Source of the DNA: an uncultured Pseudomonadota bacterium
GTDB taxonomy: Bacteria > BMS3Abin14
DNA length: 14,114 bases
Reading direction: 5' to 3'
NCBI GenBank assembly: GCA_964454175.1
Contig: CAYVSA010000036.1
Coordinates: 1 to 14,114 of the forward strand
Position numbers and translations under genes: made by a program. This document shows, piece by piece, positions 1 through 6,807 of the stretch. Each line of letters begins with the position of its first letter. Within the stretch, counting starts at the first letter, position 1. The notes beneath the pieces are model-generated. The model was not told where the DNA came from. It ran no database searches and saw only the letters and a list, made by a program, of their open reading frames with translations.

Positions 1-786
1 GTTAAAGCCCATGGCGTATGCGATGAGCTCCGCGATCTTCTGGATGGCGGCATTCTCGATATCAACCTTGGAAACCTTCCTGATGATCTGAAAGACAATG
101 ATCATCAGTGCCGGACCAGAGCAGAAGGCCGATGCTAAAAATCGCGGTGCCAGGATGGAAGCGTTCCAGAATGGCCTTGCAGGAAGACCGTTGTACAGGA
201 AGGCCGTCACAGTGTGGATACTCACAGCCCAGGGTATCGATATGATCACCAGGGGCTTAACGACCGCCATGCTGTATTCCATATTGTGGGCTATCCTGTA
301 CATTACGTACAGGACGATGGTCAGGTTCAAGAACAGATATCCGTTAAGGACGATAACATCCCAGGCCAGCAGCGATGATGGGAAATTCATCGTTCCTAAA
401 AACGGCAGCAGATGCCATGCCCTCTCAGGCCGCCCTATATCCACAACGATGAAGAGTATGCACATGGAGATGGCGGTGATGGCCATGATCTCACCGAAAA
501 GTACGATCTCCTTGATGGGCTTGAAATTGTAAATATACGCTGGGATGACGAGAAGGACAGCCGCAGCGGCCACTCCCACCAGGAACGTGAAGTTCGACAG
601 GTAGAGGCCCCAGGAGACCGGATCCCTCATGGCCGTTACAATGAGGCCATTCTTGAGCTGCATTACATAAGTGCCCGCCCCGACAAGTATGATAGTGGAA
701 AGGAATCCCACCCATAAATAGTAATTTCGGGAACCCTTCACGACCTCTCTGGCGGTGATCATAAAATTCTTTATCAGATAAAACAT
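1..786 (-). CDS. NrfD/PsrC-family integral membrane quinone-interacting subunit, DsrP/CbcU-like (3' end runs off the window)
   Basis: Not in the ORF track because it has no stop in the window. Manual translation from ATG at 786 is open to base 1: MFYLIKNFMITAREVVKGSRNYYLWVGFLSTIILVGAG...MRDPVSWGLYLSNFTFLVGVAAAAV...DIGRPERAWH...SLLAWD...SIPWAVSIHTVTAFLYNGLPARPFWNASILAPRFLASAFCSGPA. WGLY, DxGRPxR and WAVSIHTVTAF..RFLASAF are NrfD/DsrP-type motifs. AAGGGG SD lies upstream, and the gene follows an Fe-S partner. Confidence 0.92.
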   Translation of the reverse strand, partial: MFYLIKNFMITAREVVKGSRNYYLWVGFLSTIILVGAGTYVMQLKNGLIVTAMRDPVSWGLYLSNFTFLVGVAAAAVLLVIPAYIYNFKPIKEIVLFGEIMAITAISMCILFIVVDIGRPERAWHLLPFLGTMNFPSSLLAWDVIVLNGYLFLNLTIVLYVMYRIAHNMEYSMAVVKPLVIISIPWAVSIHTVTAFLYNGLPARPFWNASILAPRFLASAFCSGPALMIIVFQIIRKVSKVDIENAAIQKIAELIAYAMGFN

Positions 787-801
787 AAGCGACCCCTTAA
801 C

Positions 802-1734
802 TCACGTTGCGAAGAAGTAGTAGAATTTGGGATTAGTGCCCACATCTTCCTTGAGCCTGAAAACGCGCTTGTTCTGGATGCAGTACCTGATCTCGCTGTT
901 CGGGTCCAGAAGGTTTCCGAACTTCCTGGCGCCCACAGGGCAGATCTCAACACAGGCTGGATACTGCCCGTGTTCTTTCCTGGTCCTCTGTATGCAGAAC
1001 GTGCACTTTTCAACTACACCCTGCATCCTCGGGCGGTTTCCAAGATAGTGTGTGTTTGTGTTGATCTCCTCGTCGGATATATTGGGAGCCGCCCAGTTGA
1101 AATGCCTCGCCCCGTATGGGCAGGCAGCCATACAGTATCTGCAGCCGATGCACCAGTTGTAATCGACGACGACTATCCCGTCGTCTTCCTTCCAGGTGGC
1201 GCGGGTGGGACAAGCTCTGACGCAGGGCGGTTTTTCGCACTGCTGACACTGGGTGGGCATGTAAAAGTGCTCCTCTTCAGGAACAGTTTCAGGATTGTAG
1301 TACTTGTCCGCATTTTCGAGGTCACTAACCCACTTGCCGCCCTTCTTGAACTGGAGCACCTGTATCCAGTGGACCTGGGGGTCCCTTGACTGATTATTTT
1401 CCTTTACGCATGCATACACACATCTTCGGCATCCTATACACCTGGAAATATCAAGGCCGTAGCCGAAAAGCACTCCCGGAGTCGGGCCTTCGGTGCCCAC
1501 CTTGAACTCTTTTCCGTATTTTTTCGAGTACTCGCCTTCCAGCCTTTTTATTACCGCATCACGCTCCCCGGCATTCATCTCCGTGAAGTGCTTCTGGAAG
1601 AAGGCTTCCCACACAGAGGCAGCAGCATCCTTCGCTGGAACCGACAGTGCGGCCGCACCCAGGGCTGTACCCTTCAGGAATGACCGCCTGCTGAGTCTGT
1701 TCCCACAATGCTGTGGATCGCTCTTTTTTTTCAT
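802..1734 (-). CDS. Tat-exported 4x[4Fe-4S] electron-transfer subunit (NrfC/DsrO/CbcT-like)
   Basis: Twin-arginine signal SRRSFLK plus a hydrophobic stretch. Four Cys groups: CIGCRRCVYAC, CQQCEKPPCVRACP, CIGCRYCMAACP, CTFC...PACVEICP. C-terminal GTNPKFYY is typical of the family. Confidence 0.95.
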   Translation of the reverse strand: MKKKSDPQHCGNRLSRRSFLKGTALGAAALSVPAKDAAASVWEAFFQKHFTEMNAGERDAVIKRLEGEYSKKYGKEFKVGTEGPTPGVLFGYGLDISRCIGCRRCVYACVKENNQSRDPQVHWIQVLQFKKGGKWVSDLENADKYYNPETVPEEEHFYMPTQCQQCEKPPCVRACPTRATWKEDDGIVVVDYNWCIGCRYCMAACPYGARHFNWAAPNISDEEINTNTHYLGNRPRMQGVVEKCTFCIQRTRKEHGQYPACVEICPVGARKFGNLLDPNSEIRYCIQNKRVFRLKEDVGTNPKFYYFFAT

Positions 1735-1747
1735 ATTATTGGAACCT

Positions 1748-2302
1748 CTACTTTATGTATGCGGGTTTGATGGGTGGCGGCATCGGTTTGATAGGCTTGA
1801 AGCGCGGCTGATGGGGATAGTGACACTGTACACACAGTCTGTAGAGCTTCTTGCCGTTCCACTCACCGGTCCTTTTGCCGTGGATGCCGGCCTTCCAGTC
1901 CCTGAATATGGTACCGTGGCACTGACCGCAAAGGAGATACGACTCCTCGAAACTGATCAGTTTGCCGCTAGCAAGACGGAGCATGTCTCTGTTGTCGGGG
2001 TTATGGCAGTCAAGACACCATCTATTCTCCTCGTCATGATTGACAAGTTTTATCTCTTCGTGAAACTCGGTGAGTTCGCGTCTCTCTGGATTGACATCCA
2101 TATCGTCGTGGCAGTCTGAACAGGGGAATATGTCTTCGGAAAAAGGCGGGGGGGTGACGAAAAACTCCGGGATCTTGTGTTTGATGATCGCTACTTCAGA
2201 TTTCCCGCCTGACTTCCCCTTCTCATGCTGGGCCAGTGAGGGTGAGGAGACAACCATGATCAAAGCCATGGCTGTGTATACTGCTGCTGACAACTTTTTC
2301 AT
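1748..2302 (-). CDS. Periplasmic tetraheme c-type cytochrome (CbcS-like position in the module)
   Basis: Four CxxCH motifs (CSDCH, CLDCH, CGQCH, CVQCH). Start moved from 2392 to the ATG at 2302 (MKKLSAAVYTAMALIMVVSSPSLA-Q, a Sec signal peptide), which is preceded by GGGGAAGGAG. 184 aa. Confidence 0.92.
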   Translation of the reverse strand: MKKLSAAVYTAMALIMVVSSPSLAQHEKGKSGGKSEVAIIKHKIPEFFVTPPPFSEDIFPCSDCHDDMDVNPERRELTEFHEEIKLVNHDEENRWCLDCHNPDNRDMLRLASGKLISFEESYLLCGQCHGTIFRDWKAGIHGKRTGEWNGKKLYRLCVQCHYPHQPRFKPIKPMPPPIKPAYIK

Positions 2303-2317
2303 AACGCTCCTTCCCCG

Positions 2318-2336
2318 AATCATTATGATAATAATC
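2318..2336. promoter_or_regulatory. Fur-box-like (nAT)n operator just upstream of the cytochrome RBS
   Basis: AATCATTATGATAATAATC matches the 19-bp Fur consensus GATAATGATAATCATTATC at 13/19 and contains the palindrome ATCAT-T-ATGAT. Confidence 0.35.
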
Positions 2337-2425
2337 GGCATTGCCGTAGGTATCAGAAAGGTTGAATTGATAAGTTGTTTTACCACGCCCAACCGTAAAA
2401 TACAGGCCTATTTTCCAAAGTGCGT

Positions 2426-2454
2426 ATCTTAAACTTGACCAAATTAATTGTAAA
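2426..2454 (-). promoter_or_regulatory. Sigma70-type promoter for the cytochrome/Fe-S/NrfD module
   Basis: Minus strand TTTACA (2454-2449), 17-nt spacer, TAAGAT (2431-2426), with a T-rich UP-like tract upstream. Confidence 0.6.
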
Positions 2455-2490
2455 GAAAAAATTGGGTGGAGAGGCAGAGGATCAGATAAA

Positions 2491-2600
2491 GTTCCAGGTT
2501 CCAGGTAAAGTTGAAAGTTCAAGGTAGAAAGCTGAAAGATCTGGGCCTTGGGACCTGGGACTGAAGCAAAGCGACAAAGGACTGGAGCAAAGCGATACCA
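2491..2600. repeat. Heptamer-periodic intergenic array A, including a 15-bp hairpin stem and a 21-nt-period duplication
   Basis: GTTCCAG x2, then 13 consecutive in-phase 7-mers starting with G from 2510: GTTGAAA GTTCAAG GTAGAAA GCTGAAA GATCTGG GCCTTGG GACCTGG GACTGAA GCAAAGC GACAAAG GACTGGA GCAAAGC GATACCA. Confidence 0.8.
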
Positions 2601-2622
2601 TAAACCAGGTAGAATATCAGAC

Positions 2623-4389
2623 CTAACTCTCTTTACGATGCCAGCGCCCGAGGATCACGGAGCCCAGCGCGGCGGCTATTCCAAAGGAAAGGACCGAGAG
2701 GACGAGTGGCACACCGCTGGCGCTTAACAGGTCTATGAGGAATACCTTCAGGGCTCCGATCACAGTCACCAGTATGGCGACCGATCTGATCTCGTAGTCT
2801 TTCCTCGAATATGCCTTCAGGATCAGCCCTACTGCCCCAAGGTTGATAATAATGGACTGAGCGCAGGTAAAAGCGTTGGCAATGTCCCCCTTCATCCCGG
2901 AAAGGATCCAGTAAACACCGGTCCTTGCCGTGAAAAAGGCGCCAAGGAGGGAGGCGAAAAGGACAAGCAGGGCACTTCGGTCCCTTTTGTCGAAACGGAC
3001 GAAATATCCTGACTGCGCTGCTGGAGGACGTCTGCGGCTGAGCTTGAAGTGCGAGAATGTCACTACAGTGAAAAGACCTGCGGAAACCATCCCAACCGGT
3101 AATGACATTCCCTTGACTGAAAATACGCCAATGCCCGCAGCAGCGATTATTACCGTAATTTGTATCAGATAGGATGTGATCCTGACTGCATCTTTATCCC
3201 ATTTCCCTGACAGCATCAGGTATCCCAGCCCGAGCGCAGATATTACCGGCAGTGCGAATAAAGCGTCACTGAATACAAGGGGCAGGGACAGTGCAAAAAG
3301 ACAGGCAGCGGGGAAGGCAAAACTGTTAACACCCTCGCCTTCTGTCTCCGTTCGCATGGCCAGAAATACTGCGACAGCAGATAAACCTGCCCACAGGATG
3401 ATCCCGGCTGCTCCGAGCACGACAACCCTTCCACCCGAAGAAGCAGCGACAACCCAGGCAAAAATGAATATCAGAACTGAAGCGAGGGTAGGCAGCAGAT
3501 CGTTGTAGAGGCGCGCATTTTCAGGCCTGAACCGGATGGTGGAAAGGAGGGCGGTGGAAATGTAATAAACCAGGAAAAGCACGAGGATAGGGAAAAACCA
3601 GCCGATATAAAGCGCTGCAGGAACATCATCACCCCGTCTCAGGACAACGGAGAGCTTGAATGCCCAACTGCCCATAACGAATATTGTCACGAAAAAGGCA
3701 AAGATCCTCAGCCACCAGCACCTGGAAATGTTCAGGGCTGTGTAAGTAATAACATTGACAAAAAGGAGTACGAGACACAGGTAGGGTATTATCGGGTCTG
3801 GAAAGTCAAGGGGAAGTGCAGTGACTACAATCCCGAGAGCGGCAACAGTCACCGGCACCGCTACTTTCTGCCACCTGCTGACAGTGGTTAGAACAGTTCC
3901 TGCTATCATCAGCATGGGATAGGCGGTCAGTGATGAGAGGGCACCGAAATGGGCGTGAGTCTCCAGGACTACGGTAAAGAGCAGAAGCGCTCCGCTGATG
4001 GCAAATATGGGGGCTGCCGGACTGGACCTTCTGTAAAGAAGCCAGCCCCCGGCGATCAGGATCCAGGCATAGCTGATCCCCAGCACGGAACCGAACTGCA
4101 TTCCAACGAACCCATTGTCGGTAAGTGTTCTGAGGATCAGGGCAATAACCAGGAGAAAACAGATTGTTGCAATGCGGGACAGGATGGCCGTCATGCCCCC
4201 CATGGTCCAGAGTCTCTCTCGGGGGTCTGCTTCTCTTGATCCCCGCGTGCTCCGAGGACTCTTACCAGCTGTTTTCCCCTGAGCCAGGCCAGGGGAGGAT
4301 TCGAGAACATCCACACGACGCTTGAGAGTCCTTACCTGGGAAGCAAGTTCTTCGACCTTTGTCTCGAGGCCCTTTCTCTCGTCAACCAA
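2623..4389 (-). CDS. Polytopic membrane protein, DUF2339-like (~18 TM helices, N-terminal coiled coil)
   Basis: 588 aa. N-terminal heptad segment LETKVEELASQVRTLKRRVDVLE, a low-complexity linker, then about 18 hydrophobic segments counted by eye. The C-terminal LKVFLIDL motif is typical of DUF2339. TTG start with GGAG upstream. Confidence 0.75.
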   Translation of the reverse strand: MVDERKGLETKVEELASQVRTLKRRVDVLESSPGLAQGKTAGKSPRSTRGSREADPRERLWTMGGMTAILSRIATICFLLVIALILRTLTDNGFVGMQFGSVLGISYAWILIAGGWLLYRRSSPAAPIFAISGALLLFTVVLETHAHFGALSSLTAYPMLMIAGTVLTTVSRWQKVAVPVTVAALGIVVTALPLDFPDPIIPYLCLVLLFVNVITYTALNISRCWWLRIFAFFVTIFVMGSWAFKLSVVLRRGDDVPAALYIGWFFPILVLFLVYYISTALLSTIRFRPENARLYNDLLPTLASVLIFIFAWVVAASSGGRVVVLGAAGIILWAGLSAVAVFLAMRTETEGEGVNSFAFPAACLFALSLPLVFSDALFALPVISALGLGYLMLSGKWDKDAVRITSYLIQITVIIAAAGIGVFSVKGMSLPVGMVSAGLFTVVTFSHFKLSRRRPPAAQSGYFVRFDKRDRSALLVLFASLLGAFFTARTGVYWILSGMKGDIANAFTCAQSIIINLGAVGLILKAYSRKDYEIRSVAILVTVIGALKVFLIDLLSASGVPLVLSVLSFGIAAALGSVILGRWHRKES

Positions 4390-4419
4390 ACTCTATTCTC
4401 CAATTCCCAATGCTCTAAT

Positions 4420-4482
4420 GTTCCCTGCCTCTTGCCCATAGCCCCTAGCCTACAGCTTACAGCCTATAGCCAGTCGCCTGCC
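4420..4482. repeat. Heptamer array C (GCCTAYA-like)
   Basis: GTTCCCT GCCTCTT GCCCATA GCCCCTA GCCTACA GCTTACA GCCTATA GCCAGTC GCCTGCC, all in 7-nt phase. Confidence 0.8.
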
Positions 4483-4518
4483 CTGAGTCACGCCATAGGC
4501 GTGATCGAAGGGCCTTTT
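4480..4518 (+). repeat. REP-like palindrome/hairpin immediately after the large cytochrome stop codon
   Basis: GCCCT-GA-G-TCACGCC-ATA-GGCGTGA-T-C-GA-AGGGC: a perfect 7-bp inner stem and a 5-bp outer stem joined by tandem G.A pairs, followed by CTTTT on the + strand. Confidence 0.7.
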
Positions 4519-4520
4519 GT

Positions 4521-6371
4521 CTAATTAAACTCATGACAGTCAGCGCAGAAATCGCCCGCGTTGTGGTCTTCCTTGTCATCGTGGCACTGGTAGCAGGTCT
4601 CCCGACTGTCAACGACCCAGCGGTGCCTGACGTGACAGGTGGTGCAGTCCTCCCCGGCGTGGTCTTCTACCTCGATATGAAGACCGGTCAGATCATCGTG
4701 ACACTCCGTACAGTCAATAACCGGTCTGACTTTCTGCTCGTCAAGATGGCAGTCGTAGCAGTCGAAAGTACCCATTCCAATATCAGAAGGATGGCCGCCG
4801 TCCTCGACACCTTTTTCCTCATGACAGGTCCCGCAGTCTTTGGAGGGCGGTATCCCGCCGGAGTGACACCTGCTGCAGTTCATTTCGGCGTGTTTTCCCT
4901 TCAGGTCCCAGGGGTGGAAGGATTCCCAGTTCTCGCCTTCCGGGTACCCCTCGGCCCAGTGTTTGGATGGTCCCCTCTCGGGCATCGTGTGGCAGATCAC
5001 GCATTCACGCCTGATTGTCTTTCCATCCTCACTGACATGCCTGCCGTCGTGGCACCTGAAGCAGCCGGGAAAGTCACGATGACCGATATTATCGGGATAC
5101 TCCTTCCACGAAACCTTCATGTCCGGGAAGAAGTTTTTACTGTAGATATGCTTGATCATATCAACCGCTTTGTCGATATCCTTGATGCGGCTCACTGCCA
5201 ATTCCGGGTAGCTGCTCTTATAGAAGTCCTTTATACTCTTCTCGATAGCAGCGTAGGCACTCTCCCTTGACTCGTAATCTGCTACCAGGACGTTGACACC
5301 GATCTTCTTTATATAGGGTAATGATACATCTATGACGCCTTCAAGAAGGGCCCTGTCCATGCTCTCCTGAGGTGACCTGTAGTTGTGCGTCGGCCTGTTG
5401 TGGCATACAACACAGTCAACCAGCCGTGCGTCTTCGGACTCATGGCCCCCTTCGAGCTCCCCTTCCCAACCCTGAAGCTTGTATTCTATGACTTTGCCAT
5501 CGGGAAACTCCTCCCAGACGAAGGGAATTACCTGAAGACCGGGGTCAGCTGCCGCAAAGGTGACATTTTTTTCCGCCAGCATGTGCCAGTGGATGCCCGA
5601 ACCACCCTCTTCGGTATCGTCGCCTCCACCGATCTTTACGAGCATCGAGATGTCATGGGGCGTGTTTTTCTCGTCAAAGCTGTAGTGGGTCTTCACCCTC
5701 AGCTTGCTTCCGTAGAACTTGGCCGGCCAGTGACACTCCTCGCACGTCTCCCTGGCGGGCCTCAGGTGCTGAATCGCGGGAGGTATGGGTTTAGGGTAGC
5801 TGTTGAGCAGCACAGCGAACATCTGCCGCGTTCCGGCAAGCTTCGATTTCACGTACCACCCGGCCCCTGGTCCAACGTGGCACCTTGCACAGGTCACACG
5901 GGCGTGGGCGGAGTTCTGCGAGGCGGTGGCCTCGGGCTCCATGACCGAGTGGCAGAGTTCGCCGCAGAAGGTCAGGGATTCAGTGAAATGATATGCCTCA
6001 TAAGCAATAACAGTCAGGAGGAGCGCCGCTACGACCATCGTCGCCACGAAAATAAAGAACCGCAGTCTATGGACACCCAGATTGAGGTCAAGGATCGGAA
6101 ATCGGGGAATATCGGCATCAATGTGCTTCCTTCGCCTGTTGTGTTCATCCCACATTCCCCAGGCAAAAAGTAAAAATCCTGCCATGAAAAATATTGGCAG
6201 GATGAAGAACAGCAGCACCCCCAGATACGGTGAGTGCGTTGTTCGAAGCATGTCGATTATCAGCAATACTACAATGAAAAGTGCCGTCAGCGCGGACATA
6301 CCCAGACCGAGGTAACTCAGCGGGTTGCGCCACAGGCCCCGTTGAATAAACCGTGTCTTTTCGTCGGTCAT
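4521..6371 (-). CDS. imcH: ImcH-like inner-membrane multiheme cytochrome c (NapC/NirT-type quinol dehydrogenase domain) with a C-terminal multiheme extension; 13 heme motifs
   Basis: Three N-terminal TM helices. NapC/NirT motif FCGELCHSVMEPE...SAHARVTCARCHVGPGAGWYVKSKL and LRPARETCEECHWPAKF resemble Geobacter ImcH as I recall it. One CX3CH plus 12 CxxCH. Start placed at the ATG at 6371 (MTDEK), after a strong AGGAGGGGGG SD. 616 aa. Confidence 0.85.
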   Translation of the reverse strand: MTDEKTRFIQRGLWRNPLSYLGLGMSALTALFIVVLLIIDMLRTTHSPYLGVLLFFILPIFFMAGFLLFAWGMWDEHNRRRKHIDADIPRFPILDLNLGVHRLRFFIFVATMVVAALLLTVIAYEAYHFTESLTFCGELCHSVMEPEATASQNSAHARVTCARCHVGPGAGWYVKSKLAGTRQMFAVLLNSYPKPIPPAIQHLRPARETCEECHWPAKFYGSKLRVKTHYSFDEKNTPHDISMLVKIGGGDDTEEGGSGIHWHMLAEKNVTFAAADPGLQVIPFVWEEFPDGKVIEYKLQGWEGELEGGHESEDARLVDCVVCHNRPTHNYRSPQESMDRALLEGVIDVSLPYIKKIGVNVLVADYESRESAYAAIEKSIKDFYKSSYPELAVSRIKDIDKAVDMIKHIYSKNFFPDMKVSWKEYPDNIGHRDFPGCFRCHDGRHVSEDGKTIRRECVICHTMPERGPSKHWAEGYPEGENWESFHPWDLKGKHAEMNCSRCHSGGIPPSKDCGTCHEEKGVEDGGHPSDIGMGTFDCYDCHLDEQKVRPVIDCTECHDDLTGLHIEVEDHAGEDCTTCHVRHRWVVDSRETCYQCHDDKEDHNAGDFCADCHEFN

Positions 6372-6385
6372 ATTACCCCCCCTCC

Positions 6386-6505
6386 TGGAGTAACTATTCA
6401 CAAGTTAAAGCTTTTTAATATGGGACTTGATCTGTGCTATTTTGCACAATACTTCGACTTCGTCAAGTATAATCATGGCAACAACAGTAGAGAAGTTTTT
6501 CACAA
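6386..6505. promoter_or_regulatory. Three Rex/CRP-like 18-bp operator boxes plus a putative sigma70 promoter upstream of the imcH-like gene
   Basis: 6386-6403 TGGAGTA-ACTA-TTCACAA, 6432-6449 CTGTGCT-ATTT-TGCACAA (core palindrome TGTGC-N6-GCACA) and 6488-6505 TAGAGAA-GTTT-TTCACAA, compared with Rex consensus TTGTGAA-N4-TTCACAA. Minus-strand TTGACG-16-CAAAAT overlaps the middle box. Confidence 0.5.
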
Positions 6506-6645
6506 GCTCCATATACGCTATTTTTCTCTATTTTTTGGGGATTTTTACAGATACACACCTTTAAACAGGCATTAAAAGTGTATTAAGTGAAAATCAACAG
6601 GTACTGAATAATTGTCAGTTTACAACCCTACATCTATTAAAAAAA

Positions 6646-6792
6646 GTTGAAAGTTGAAGGTTGAAAGTTGAAGGTTGAAGGTTAGGGCCTTGAACGGAGT
6701 CCCGGGACCCATGTCCCATGAACAATTGTCAATAATCCAATATCCAAATCGATGGTTGACCTTGGACCTTGGACCAGGGACCTTGGACACCG
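6646..6792. repeat. Heptamer array B (GTTGAAR x5 ... GACCTTG-like x5)
   Basis: GTTGAAA GTTGAAG GTTGAAA GTTGAAG GTTGAAG GTTAGGG (6646-6687); GTCCCGG GACCCAT GTCCCAT GAACAAT (6699-6726); GACCTTG GACCTTG GACCAGG GACCTTG GACACCG (6758-6792). Confidence 0.9.
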
Positions 6793-6807
6793 GCATAAGA
6801 CCGGCAG

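Noticed and set aside
784-804. Fe-S gene and NrfD gene are in the same frame, separated by one TGA and five codons (possible readthrough or selenocysteine fusion)
   Set aside because: Same-frame arrangement has a 1-in-3 chance. The spacer holds a proper SD, the Fe-S protein ends at its normal family C-terminus, and no SECIS-like hairpin or Cys-equivalent position is evident.
1-2302. Calling the module dsrJOP and inferring dissimilatory sulfate reduction
   Set aside because: No dsrMK upstream, and the cytochrome is a tetraheme rather than the triheme DsrJ.
2303-2392. Longer N-termini given in the ORF track (cytochrome start 2392; also imcH-like 6401 and apgM 11151)
   Set aside because: Downstream ATGs have clear SD sequences, a signal peptide or stop-start coupling. 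The extensions run through regulatory DNA or the upstream gene.
2559-2600. Possible CRISPR-like repeat
   Set aside because: Only two copies of 16 nt with a 5-nt gap, no unique spacers and no cas genes.
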